A DNA stretch of 64,000 nt, taken from contig OX597841.1 in NCBI GenBank assembly GCA_951406725.2, positions 124,001-188,000 of the forward strand, written 5' to 3'. The notes beneath the pieces are model-generated. The model saw nothing but the letters and a program-made list of their open reading frames with translations. It made no database searches and was not told where the DNA came from. Below, piece after piece: positions 12,963 through 29,190 of the stretch (position 1 is its first letter; every line of letters begins with the position of its first letter). The translations under genes were made by a program, and so were the position numbers. This stretch comes from Octopus vulgaris (taxonomy: Eukaryota).

Positions 12963-13226
12963 GTATATATATATAACATTGTATCTCTAAATCTGTGATA
13001 GAATTCCTATGAAATATTTGCTCTGACCTGAGATTATTAGCAAAATTTCTCAACATCACTGACTGCAATGTCTAGAAGATGAGATAGTGCATTGATGAAA
13101 CAGGAATAAGTTTACATAAGTGTTGCTAGAGGAAGGTAACAGCGGATAGAATTACAACGGTGGAGGTATTTGTAGGAGGAAAGTATAAGAAGAAAAGCAG
13201 GACATTGCAATTTGAGAAGAAGAATA

Positions 13227-16520
<3,294 letters not shown>

Positions 16521-16889
16521 AGTGAAAGGAAAAGAGCAGTTTTGTATGTTTTCAACTTGTTTTTCTTCTTAATATTCCTGTGTTTCATGCAATGGAGATC
16601 ATGACTAAAAAAGAATTTACTTCCAAAAATTCTGTTTTGTTTTTATTAAGTCTTTCTGCTAAAACACCCAATTCCATGCGCTTTTCATTTCCCATTATGT
16701 GGGAACCACTATATTGAAACTCCTCCAGGAAACCCTAAACATGTTTCTTTCGTGAATATCATTTCTCCAAACATAACTTGTGGCTTTTCCTTGCAAAAGA
16801 ATACAGTGAAGTTGTTGAATATTTGCATCAACAATGACCTCCAGTACTAGAGAAACTTGGCTAGATTCACTTATCGAATCACTGGATAC

Positions 16890-17945
16890 TCTTTACTCTT
16901 TTACTCTTTTACTTGTTTCAGTCATTTGACTGTGGCCATGCTGGAGCACCGCCTTTAATTGAGCAACTCGACCCCAGAACTTATTCTTTTGTAAGCCCAG
17001 TACTTATTCTATCGGTCCCTTTTGCCGTACCGCTAAGTAACGGGGACACAAACACACCAGCATCGGTGACAAACACACACACGCATATATATACATATAT
17101 ACGACGGGCTTCTTTCAGTTTCCGTCTACCAAATCCACTCACAGGGCTTTGGTTGGCCCGAGGCTATAGTAGAAGACACTTGCCCAAGGTGACACACAGT
17201 GGGACTGAACCCGGAACCATGTGGTTGGTAAGCAAGTTACTTACCACACAGCCACTCCTATATACATATATACGACAGGCTTCTTTCAGTTTCCATCTAC
17301 CAAATCCACTCACAAGGCTTTGGTTGGCCCGAGGCTATAGTAGAAGACACTTGCCCAAGGTGACACACAGTGGGACTGAACCCGGAACCATGTGGTTGGT
17401 AAGCAAGCTACTTACCACACAGCCACTCCTGCACAACATACACAACAGGCTTCTTTCAGTTTCCATCGACCAAATCCACTCACAAGGCTTTGGTTGGCCC
17501 GAGGCTATAGTAGAAGACACTTGCCCAAGGTGACACACAGTGGGACTGAACCCGGAACCATGTGGTTGGTAAGCAAGTTACTTACCACACAGCCACTCCT
17601 ATACATATATACGACGGGCTTCTTTCAGTTTCCGTCTACCAAATCCACTCACAAGGCTTTGGTCGGCCCGAGGCTATAGTAGAAGACACTTGCCCAAGGT
17701 GACACACAGTGGGACTGAACCCGGAACCATGTGGTTGGTAAGCAAGTTACTTACCACACAGCCACTCCTATATACATATATACGACAGGCTTCTTTCAGT
17801 TTCCATCTACCAAATCTACTCACAAGGCTTTGGTTGGCCCGAGGCTATAGTAGAAGACACTTGCCCAAGGTGACACGCAGTGGGACTGAACCCGGAACCA
17901 TGTGGTTGGTAAGCAAGTTACTTACCACACAGCCACTCCTGCGCC
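16890..17945 (-). repeat. SINE family 1 with five tandem ~170-bp tRNA-head units and one tail
   Basis: Unit starts at about 17101, 17272, 17442, 17611 and 17782. A single (ctctttta)n tail lies at about 16890-16912. Confidence 0.9.
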
Positions 17946-18080
17946 TAAAGGATAGAAATAAAGCAGTAGAAATATTTGATAGGGATATGCTGTGAAAACA
18001 AATTGAAGAAAGGTATATAACTTTTGTGATTTGGGGGAAAAAAATAATACTGGAGAAAAGTGAGAAGCTTAATGTACTAA

Positions 18081-18454
18081 TCTCTGTCTATATAAACGGC
18101 AGTTTGTCTGTGCGTGTTTCTGTGTGTCTGTTTGCTTGTACCCTCACCCTGACCATGGCTTTCAACCGATTCTGATGAAACTTGACACACACATAGCCCA
18201 ATGTCATAATTCAAAACTAACGCAGCGAAAATTTTGAAAAGTTCCCCCAGTTCTGAAAAAAATCGATAAATTCGACATGGGGTCGAGAATCAGGAACACA
18301 AACCACAAACTGTGTAGGGGACGCAACTCCACCTTTTTTAACTATCAAAAAAAATTTACCATCATTTTTTTGCTGTTTTTTGGCTATAACTCTCTAAAAA
18401 TGCTTTATAGTTATTCCCCTTACAAACCTGAGCAACGCCGGGCGATACTGCTAG
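18081..18454 (+). mobile_element. Non-autonomous Helitron
   Basis: 5' TC (tctctgtctatataaa), 3' hairpin cctgagcaacgccggg followed by CTAG, inserted between A18080 and T18455 with no target-site duplication. Confidence 0.75.
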
Positions 18455-18814
18455 TGATATGATAAAAGAGAGAAGAAAATTGTTCAAAGACTGTAATATG
18501 TATGAAAAGAAATTTTCTCAGAAGGGTCACCTAAACACTCATTGAGGAGAGAAACTAATTCAGTGTGATGTCTGTAATAAATCATTGTATGCAGAGATAT
18601 GGGTTACTGCTACGATTCAACACCATCGTCATCACCGTCATCATCGTTTAGCGTCCGCTTTCCATGCTAGCATGGGTTGGACGGTTCAACTGGGGTCTGG
18701 GAAGCCAGAAGGCTGCACCAGGCCCAGTCTGATCTGGCAGTGTTTCTACGGCTGGATGCCCTTCCTAACGCCAACCACTCCGTGAGTATAGTGGGTGCTT
18801 TTTACGTGCCAGAC

Positions 18815-19440
18815 GAGGCTGGCAACGGCCACGAACGGATGGTGCTTTTTACGTGCCACAGCCACGAGGCCAGTCGGGGCGGCGCTGGCAACGGCCACGA
18901 TCGGATGGTGCTTTTTACGTGCCACCGGAACGGGGGCCAGGCGAGGCTGGAAATGGCCACGAACGGATGGTGCTTTTTACGTGCCACAGCCACGAGGCCA
19001 GTCGGGGCGGCGCTTGCAACGGCCACGATCGGATGGTGCTTTTTACGTTCTACCGGCACGGGGGCCAGGCGAGGCTGGCAACGGCCACGAACGGATGGTG
19101 CTTTTTACGTGCCACCGGCACGTGGCCAGTCGGGGCGGCGCTGGCAACGGCCACGATCGGATTGTGCTTTTTACGTTCTACCGGCACTGGGGCCAGGCGA
19201 GGCTGGCAACGGCCACGAACGGATGGTGCTTTTTACGTGCCACCGGCACGTGGCCAGTCGGGGCGGCGCTGGCAACGGCCACGATCGGATGGTGCTTTTT
19301 ACGTGCCACCGGAACGGGGGCCAGGCGAGGCTGGCAACGTCCACGAACGGATGTTGCTTTTTACGTGCCACCGGCACGTGGCCAGTCGGGGCGGCGCTGG
19401 CAACGGCCACGTTCGGATGGTTCTCTTACGTGTCACCGGC
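18815..19440 (+). repeat. GC-rich minisatellite with 128-bp period (dimer of two ~64-bp subunits) inside a (GAT)n-tailed element
   Basis: gaggctgg recurs at 18815, 18943, 19071, 19199 and 19327. Confidence 0.95.
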
Positions 19441-20298
19441 ACTGGTATCACAACAGCAGTTTCCATTGATGGAACATAAAGAAAAGTATGTACCTATCTA
19501 TAATTGCAAAAGCATTCTCACTCTAAAACTTAGTTTTATTCCACTACAAATACATCTTCATATTTGACAGAACTTACTACTGTGATATTTCTTAATAAAA
19601 GTAATTAGTTTCAGATTTTGACTTTGTTTTGCAAGAATATTGTTCCCAAAGGGATGTTCACATGAATATCGTTATATTTTGGTGTTGGCATAATTAAAAA
19701 GGCCTATCAAAACACTCATCTATATTTCACTTTTTTTCCCTGAAAAATTAAATTTAAATGTTGAAGTGAATCTAAACATCACGGAAAAGGACGAGAGGCA
19801 AATAACTGCATATAGTGGAATGAGAGAAAGAAAAGGGTGGAATTGGAAGAAAAGAAAAGTAAAAGAAATAAACGAAAGAAGTTCTTTTGCCGTTCAAAGA
19901 AGTATTAATGTGGACGGTGTTCGAATGAGAGCACGGTTGGTGTAGAGTGATACAACGGGGAGGAGATCAAAATCTTTGAGACTGAATGCTTAATCCGGAG
20001 AGGATGCTGTTCACCAGCTCAACGGTGGAAATTTGTCCTTATGTTTATATTTGATAAAAATTTGAGATGAAGAATTTAGTCGACCTGTGGAAGTTTCACA
20101 TCTATAAAGAATATGAGATCTTTCTGCTTCACAAAATGTATACAGCTGTTGATTTGTTTTTCATTTCACATTTTGCTCTTACTTTCCTCTCGTCCGTCCA
20201 GGAGATTTCTCAAAGACCTGCGTCCTTTCTCGTGTATCTAAATGAGCAGTAATCTCGTATACTGGAGACAGAGAGACAGCTTGGGAGCACAATGCATG

Positions 20299-20329
<31 letters not shown>

Positions 20330-20441
20330 TGTATGTATGTATGTATGTATGTATGTATGTATGTATGTATGTATGTATGCATGCATGCATGTATGTATGT
20401 ATGTATGTATGTATGTGCATGCATGCATGTATGTATGTTTG

Positions 20442-20472
<31 letters not shown>

Positions 20473-20899
20473 GTGTATGTATGTTTGTATGTATGTATGC
20501 ATGTATGTATGTATGTGAGTCTATGTGTGTGTCTATGTGTGTTAGCAGGATTCGGATCCTAGCTATGTCTTTGGAAAGTCTCAGAAGTGGTTGTCAGAAA
20601 GTTTCTACAACATCATCAGAACCCACTCCTGGCCTCTGAAGTCCCCTGATTCTAACTGAGATTTTCCTAGGTTCACAGTGATGAACGCACGAACCAGGCT
20701 CCGCGGACGTCTTGAGACCGTAGTTGCAGCCGACGCTGAGCAATTTAAGGAAACTGTCATCTCACAGTTATAATTTAGTTGATAGATTTTGATTTTCAAA
20801 GGATAATTATATTTTGAGATGGAATTTTGTGTTTAGTTTTTTTGGGGGGCAATTGTCAAGTTCAGGCCGGACATCTTGGGTGTGTGTGTGTGTGTGTGT

Positions 20900-21308
20900 A
20901 TACACACCGCCAACTTTGCCCAAACGACCTGAACATAAGCTTCAAGGTTCATCCAAGACTGGGACCACAGGCCATACGTCCCCTGCCCAATTCAAGATCA
21001 CAGCATACATATACACTACAAAATAATTTCTTTTCCTCAACAGGCCCTGCCCTATTTAACATTGTCCCAAAAGAGATGAAAGAGGAACAGGATCCCATCA
21101 ACTTTAAACGGAGTCTGGATAGATTCCTTCAAGGAATACCAGATAAGCTACCCATAATTGGATACAACTCACCCAACAAAAACTCACTACTTGAATGGAC
21201 CATAAGCAAAACTTGACTTAAACAGGATTCAAATAATCCTATCAGGTGGTGCTATTAAGTTAGACATGGCCTGGACAAATCATTGGTCGAATCACATCTA
21301 AGATTATC
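20900..21308 (+). mobile_element. CR1/L2-type LINE 3' fragment (duplicate at about 60903-61311)
   Basis: NFFSSTGPALFNIVPKEMKEE...FKRSLDRFLQGIPD is a typical CR1-group C-terminus. Confidence 0.7.
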
Positions 21309-21631
21309 TAAGTATGTATATCACCGTCACCGTGACCGACTAGGCTATCAGAAGTTGCAACACATCGCTGGTCACAATGCGCTTCGCATTGTTTTAGACT
21401 TTGAATGACGCCACCCCGCTGGCTAAGCGAGCAGGCCAACAGAAGAAAGAGTGAGAGAAAGTTATGGCGGAAGAGTAAAGCAGTGATCACCACCATCTTC
21501 TGCCGGACCTCGTGGAGCTTTAGTTGTTTTTCGCTCAATAAACACTCTCAACGCCCGGTCTGGGAATCGAAACCGCGATCCTACGACCGCGAGTTCGCTG
21601 CCCTAAGAACTGGGATATTGCGCCTCCACAA

Positions 21632-21688
<57 letters not shown>

Positions 21689-21773
21689 GTATATATATAT
21701 ATATGTATATTTTGAATAAATGGTCCCCTTACATATATACTTGGTGAAATTGATTAATAATTAATTATATATG

Positions 21774-21831
<58 letters not shown>

Positions 21832-22021
21832 TATAAATATATCCAAATATACATACATATTTGTACACACCTACATATATATGTATACATACATGCATAT
21901 ATGGATATAGGATATCCCCCCAAAATAGTTTAAACTCAATGACACACGATAACATAGAAAACGAACATTTTTCGAGCAACGAAATAACAGAGAAACGAGT
22001 ATTCGACTCCATCAGTTTTCC

Positions 22022-22086
<65 letters not shown>

Positions 22087-22091
22087 GTGTG

Positions 22092-22212
<121 letters not shown>

Positions 22213-22350
22213 CGGAGATGTACTCGCATAGCAAGTAATTTGATCTGAGATCGTGTGCTGAAACGAAAACAATTGCAGCGTGGAAGGTGTTTATAAGCCA
22301 TTTAAGAAACACACAAAAGCCGTTCGATTCACTCCAACATTTAAGTTTAA

Positions 22351-22400
22351 TTTGTCAAAATATTTTCGTTGCTAAAATCCGCGACCTGTTCACTGACAAA
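22351..22400 (-). ncRNA. G3-C8 hammerhead motif, copy 2 (one stem II mismatch)
   Basis: Reverse complement of 26760-26809, with GCAAC in place of GCGAC. Confidence 0.6.
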
Positions 22401-25400
22401 GTCCGTGCTGCATCTAAGAAAGTAACAGTTAGTTCGTCATATATATGTACGTATGTATGTGTGTATGTATGCATACATGTGTGTATGTACGTACGTATGC
22501 ATGTACGCACATACGCCTGTGTATGCATGTATGTATGTATGTATGTATGTATGTATATATGTATGTGTGTGTATAAGCACGCACATACACTCTATAAAAC
22601 ATAAAGCTATAAACCTGTAGCGATGGATAGATGTAGAGTGACCACTCATCACAACGCTATCAAATTTCAACTCCCTACGGCCGAGGCTAGAAAGTGAATT
22701 TATGACGCTTGCTCACAAGAACTATACCCTAAAATCTATTATCAGATTTTTATCTCTATATCACAGAACTAATGTTTTACTATTGTTCGTATGTATGTAT
22801 GTATGTGCGTATGTATGTATGTATGTATGTATGTATGTATGTATGTATGTATGTATGTATGTATGTATGTACATACGTACGCATGTGCGTATGTATGTAT
22901 ACGCGCTCGTATGCATGTGCCCATGTATGTGTGTGTGTACATGTACGTGTGTATGTACGTGTGTATGCCCATACGTAGGTATGTATGTTTGTATTCATGT
23001 ACTACGTATGTATGTGAGTGTCTAGGAGAATGGGCAGATGTGTCCGTGAGAGTGTGTACATGTGTATGTGTATGTGAACGTATGTCCGTGTACTGGCATG
23101 TGTCCGTCTAAGTTGTGTACATGACTGTTACTTTGCTGAAGGTTGTATACATATTTACATATATGTTTGTATAGACGCACACACATATATATATATGTGT
23201 GTGGGTGTGTGTTTGTTCCTCTCATCATCGTCTAACCGTGAATGGATACAACGCCTAGGTGCAACTGTTCGTATCAAACAACGTCTGCTCATACCGTTGT
23301 ATATAACTGCACATACGCATTGCAACCTGTATGTAAGGACTACAGGTGAAAGGGAGAGAGAGAGAGGGGTGGTTATAGAATAGTCCTTCTGAATGGGATC
23401 TGGATGTTATTCCATTCTGACTTTCGGTTGAGAGTAGGTTTGTATTCTTGTATACAAACAGCTTCTGTGACCTGTCTCAACATTGCATCGGTGGGATGTG
23501 TAGATAGGATGTTCAACTTAAGCTCCCCTAAGGATCCCTTGTGGCAGTCTACAGCATGTTGGTAGAAGATGGAGTTTGGCTTCCTTTCAATGTAGTTGTC
23601 CAGGTGTTCTTTGAACCTATCATTGATGCTTCTAGAGGTCTCACCTATGTATGACTCTGGGTTAGCCGCGCAAGCTCCCTCCTGGCAGTTAATCTGGTAT
23701 ACAGTGCCCTTGGTTTTACAATTTACGTGTGGATTTGTCGAACACACTGCACAATTACTCTGACAGGTGATTCTATCAAATGGATATGATCTGCATAATG
23801 CCGATTTGATAGTCCTACATGTCTTTTCTACAACTTTAACTTTTAGGCCCGTAGTGCGCAGGACTTTCTTGAATGCCTTACTTAGCTCGTTCTTAGGTGT
23901 GGCGTCAACGAACATCACTCCGTGAAATCTCCTGTTATCGTACCAAGTAACGTTTCTCATCTTTTTGTTGGTGTCCCTCTCTAACCTATTCCAGAACTTG
24001 TCGCGGTACAGGGGGCATATACCGTTTTCGTCGTTCCCTAGAATGCGTTCGAATCTAGCTTTCGCTCCTTTGTACACCCTGACTCTATCGTCTTGTGTGT
24101 ATCCGGAGCGTTGCATTCGGAATATGTAGTGCTGGATGTGTTGTTGTCGTTCTTGTGGTTGGCATAGTGGTGATACATTCCTCATTACTCTAACTAAGTC
24201 TGCCACTAGGATGTTGAGTTTGGCAGTATCCGACATAGCTGAGTCACTACGGATTACTAGTGGATTAGCCATCGGTTTCTGATAGTGTGAGTGGAGTATA
24301 CATAGTTTAATGGTACCATTAACCATAGCGTCTTCCATCCATAGCTCAGTATCTAGGACGGGTAATCGTTTACTGGGGTGTTTAGAGGGGTAGTCTATGG
24401 TAAGTTTTATACTGCTGTGGATAGAGTCAGCTATGTGTTGTATAGATGTCATCACCTGTTCTTCACTTGGTAGAGGGCCCATAACTGTGTCTGTATTACA
24501 TTTCACAACAAGGTTAATGTCGTCGACGTAACGAGAGTACATAGCCAAGTGGATGTTACGGTTTGCTAGGCACTGTTTAAAACGCTTGTCCCACCATACC
24601 ATGAAGAGGTTAGCAACGTCACCGGCGATCCCCACTCCAATAGCACCGCCTTTCGTTTGCTTATACAGCTTGTTGTCAAATTTAAAAATATGTGTTTTTA
24701 GCGTAAATTCTCAGGCTGACACCGATAGCATGTGCGATGGTGGTTCTAATATCGTGTGCACTTGAGGGTGGGTAGTCCGGCTTTGTCCATCCCTGCCAAC
24801 GCTCACAGTGAGTCTTCCTGTAAGCCGAGGTCATGGTAGGTGGTCTACCGCGTTTGTTACGGGTGGGACAAGCATATAGAATGTTATTGCGCGACAGGTA
24901 TTCATTGGTACACGTCAGGGCCAGGAAGAGCCGTAGTTCATATACATCCACATTCTTAAATATCATACCACTCTCACTAACTATTTCTATACATTTATCG
25001 ACAGCAAAGTCTACATCGATGGAGGGGTATAGTGATACCACATCCATGCTACCCACGATGTGGTTCTTGAGGTCACACGTGTTGTTGCATTCGCGGATCC
25101 TGCTAAGGAGGTCCTCAGTACTGTCACATACATCTGCAGATAGTTCTATTAACGGTCGTAGGAATTGTGAGAGAAAGTATGATATTTTGTGGTTGTTTGC
25201 ATTGTTGGCACCACAAACGGGTCGGGTGGGTGGCCCAAGTATATTGTCCGTGTGGCTCTTGTGATCTTTGCGAAGGCCATATAGGGGTGGGATTTCGTTG
25301 TTGGTGGTTAAGAAGTTGTTAGCTGTGCGCTTCTACGACTGGAGAATTATACTCCACATCCCCATGTGAGCATTGACGATCTTTTCGTTCTCGATATATT

Positions 25401-26759
25401 CGAGTGTTGTGGTTTCTGTCATGTCTCTGATGTGTGGTTGCATGTTCGAGATGTAATTAGGTATGTTGTCAACAGACATCCTACCTGATTTGTCAGTCGG
25501 GAAACATACAATCTCTCTGTTTTTGATGCGTCTTTTTAATATGTTAAGGCCTTTCTTAATTTTGGTGTTAAGATCGTGGGTCTTATTTACCGATCGCTCT
25601 TGTATCTGCCTTTGGGTGTAATTGGAGAAGGCTGATAGAATCTTGGCTTTAGTAAGTGTAAACTTCGCTTCCAAAGCAGCGTCAGTATAGGGTGGCATGC
25701 ATACTCTTTTGTATACAAGAATACAAACCTACTCTCAACCGAAAGTCAGAATGGAATAACATCCAGATCCCATTCAGAAGGACTATTCTATAACCACCCC
25801 TCTCTCTCTCTCCCTTTCACCTGTAGTCCTTACATACAGGTTGCAATGCGTATGTGCAGTTATATACAACGGTATGAGCAGACGTTGTTTGATACGAACA
25901 GTTGCACCTAGGCGTTGTATCCATTCACGGTTAGACGATGATGAGAGGAACAAACACACACCCACACACATATATATATGTGTGTGCGTCTATACAAACA
26001 TATATGTAAATATGTATACAACCTTCAGCAAAGTAACAGTCATGTACACAACTTGGACGGACACATGCCAGTACACGGACATACGTTCACATACACATAC
26101 ACATGTACACACTCTCACGGACACATCTGCCCATTCTCCTAGACACTCACATACATACGTAGCACATGAATACAAACATACATACCTACGTATGGGCATA
26201 CACACGTACATACACACGTACATGTACACACACACATACATGGGCACATGCATACGAGCGCGTATACATACATACGCACATGCGTACGTATGTACATACA
26301 TACATACATACATACATACATACATACATACATACGCACATACATACATACATACGAACAATAGTAAAACATTAGTTCTGTGATATAGAGATAAAAATCT
26401 GATAATAGATTTTAGGGTATAGTTCTTGTGAGCAAGCGTCATAAATTCACTTTCTAGCCTCGGCCGTAGGGAGTTGAAATTTGATAGCGTTGTGATGAGT
26501 GGTCACTCTACATCCATCCATCGCTACAGGTTTATAACTTTATGTTTTATAGAGTGTATGTGCGTGCTTATACACACACATACATATATACATACATACA
26601 TACATACATACATACATACATACATACATACATGCATACACAGGCGTATGTGCGTACATGCATACGTACATACATACACACATGTATGCATACATACACA
26701 CATACATACGTACATATATATGACGAACTAACTGTTACTTTCTTAGATGCAGCACGGAC

Positions 26760-26809
26760 TTTGTCAGTGAACAGGTCGCGGATTTTAGCGACGAAAATAT
26801 TTTGACAAA
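26760..26809 (+). ncRNA. Minimal type-I hammerhead ribozyme motif with G3-C8 variant core
   Basis: TTTGTCA-GTGAACA-G-GTCGC-ggatttta-GCGAC-GAA-AATATT-T-TGACAAA: 7-bp stem I, 5-bp stem II, palindromic stem III. Confidence 0.7.
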
Positions 26810-26885
26810 TTAAACTTAAATGTTGGAGTGAATCGAACGGCTTTTGTGTGTTTCTTAAATGGCTTATAAACACCTTCCACGCTGC

Positions 26886-26963
<78 letters not shown>

Positions 26964-27749
26964 ATATGTATATATAAATGTATCTGTTGTAATATAGATT
27001 TGTTTCTATACTGAATTTTGTTGTCTTTTCGTTGGCATAGGAAACACAACTCTTGTGAGTAATGGAAAACATTAAATATACCAGAAAATCATTTAGAAAA
27101 TGACAAGATTAAAATGAAGCCACGAGCGGGTATGGATTTTGTAGACATGTTGCTCAGTTTTAAGAAACTCATCGCTTAAAAGCTAGAATATACGTTGTAC
27201 TATTTTTATTAGGGAACTGTATTTAATAGTATGTCGGTACGCGAGTAAAGTATGAAAGCAATAATGAGAACTGAAAATGTTGGAGTAAATATTCAGTTAA
27301 ATAAATTAATTTAGTTCAAGTTGACAATATTACATATAAGATGTTCATATTTATATATCGACTGACAGACACCAGAGTAGGTTGGTTGGTTGAATTAAAT
27401 CTTATATTGATTATCATCAACATGACTGGCTTTCAGGTTTAGAAATTCATGTTTCGGCGGCAGAAAATAATTCAATGTTTAGATCGATAAATTTCGATGA
27501 AACTCAACAATCAGGAGAATCAGTGTTGTCATAAGTTCAAACCATGGTTGCATTTATTGAAACAGAAATCGATTGAAAAACAACATAAAAATGTAACATT
27601 AATTATTTATGTGGCAGTAATTATATATTAAGGCCAGCGTAGTACAAGGGACTACGAAGAAGGAAAAGGAGGGGACCCACGTATTAAAAAGAAAATTGTT
27701 TCTGAAGCACTTTTTCCAATAGAACCCAGACATGCGATTAGTTTTCATC

Positions 27750-28307
27750 CTTGGTATACACTCTATCCTTTCTCTACGTACTGCTACTCGAGCCATTACT
27801 GCGGAAGCTGAGGGTTTGGAGGGGCATTCTGCGTGAATTTGGATATGGAAGGTTCGTGTCGGCGTATGCGGGTGAATTCACCGTGATAGTGTTGGACACC
27901 TCGCAAATTGAGATGGTCGGCCGTACCCTAAGGCAATTCGAAGCAGTGACAGGATCAATGATTAAACAGAAGAAGTCAGGGGGTCTGCAGCTCGGCACCT
28001 GGAGTGGCAGGCCCTTGCTAACCTACAGTGTTGTGGGCGCTGGAAGGATGGACCTGTTACGTTGCTGAGGATCTCTAAGTCCAGATCTCCAAATGGACTA
28101 GAACTGGTGCGAGGTGAAAGACAGGGTGGCCAGTGTCACCCAGAAATGGGCCTAGAGGAAGCTGTCCATGAAAGTTCTGTCGTCCCTTGTCCCGCGTCGT
28201 GGCAGAACGGGCTGGTGCGTAGGCTCTTATGCTTCTTGTGGAAGGGTCAGTTACCGCATGTCAGACGGTCCAATTGCTGTCAACACGCACTGCGTGGAGG
28301 ATTGGGC

Positions 28308-28308
<1 letters not shown>
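27750..28308 (+). mobile_element. Degenerate L1/Tx1-like RT fragment (copies at about 30000-30160, 32620-33212, 52460-52660 and 62980-63540)
   Basis: SQGCQISSLLDVLALEPLLRKL...VSAYAGEITVIV in the 32.6-kb copy resembles RQGCPLSPLL..LALEPL / AYADD, with the catalytic DD lost. Confidence 0.75.
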
Positions 28309-28362
<54 letters not shown>

Positions 28363-28720
28363 AAGTTCAGGTTTTAAGAGAACCGGGTACTTAAACACAA
28401 AGTTTAGGTCGGCGATAGCGCAATCGTGTACAAGAATACATAAGAACAAATCCTTACTCACGTACTGTGAATCACAATCCATTTATTGCCTTTTGTTTAT
28501 ATGTATATAAATAGACAGAACGCTATTAATATTGTTTAAAAAAACGTTATATGATATAACGTCATAAGTAGCTAACAGAAAGAGTAGGGATATTAATAGT
28601 GAATGTTAAATATAAATATATATATGTATATATATATATACATAAATAATATATAAATATATCCGTATATACATATATATTTGTACACACCTACATACAT
28701 ATGTATACATATATATATGT

Positions 28721-28808
<88 letters not shown>

Positions 28809-29095
28809 GAGTGCTTGCGGTCAAGCAACCTGTTTTGCCTGTCTCTTTTTCTTATATACAATATATATACTGAACTTTACAGAAGTTCCTGCCGGTAATC
28901 GGCTATATTTACATACCGAATTCTACCAGTAAATAATTGGGGTTTTTTTAAAACCCTTTATAGAAATTATTTACTCTTATCATTATATGTATATATATAT
29001 ACGTATATATATATATGTACATATATGCATATATATTTATATAAATATCTATATCTATATCTATCTATCCGTCCATCTCTTTCTCACTCTCTCTC

Positions 29096-29145
<50 letters not shown>

Positions 29146-29151
29146 AGTATG

Positions 29152-29190
<39 letters not shown>

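Larger units (their letters stand above)
22271..26889 (-). mobile_element. Penelope-like element (RT plus GIY-YIG) with ~1.18-kb inverted terminal repeats
   Basis: The ORF remnant at about 25710-23373 has SMDVVSLYPSI, QTKGGAIG, YSRYVDDI and VYQINC..YIGETSRSINDRFKEH. It has one premature TAG (25333-25335) and one +1 frameshift (about 24709). 22271-23458 is the reverse complement of 25708-26889. Confidence 0.95.

Noticed and set aside
16913-17995. 206-aa and 101-aa ORFs with repeated RRHLPKVTHSGTEPG
   Set aside because: These are antisense translations of tandem SINE heads.
18165-18200. CTGATGAAA near 18173 (also CTGATGA near 34249 and 50125)
   Set aside because: No stem II followed by GAAA and no closing stems. 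These are chance matches inside a Helitron, a transposase remnant and unique sequence.
18677-19567. 296-aa, 224-aa and 208-aa overlapping ORFs
   Set aside because: All three forward frames are open because of the GC-rich 128-bp minisatellite. There is no gene context.
25860-25925. Hairpin atacaacg...cgttgtat just after the Penelope stop codon
   Set aside because: No recognisable hammerhead core inside. It could be UTR structure, but I cannot support that.
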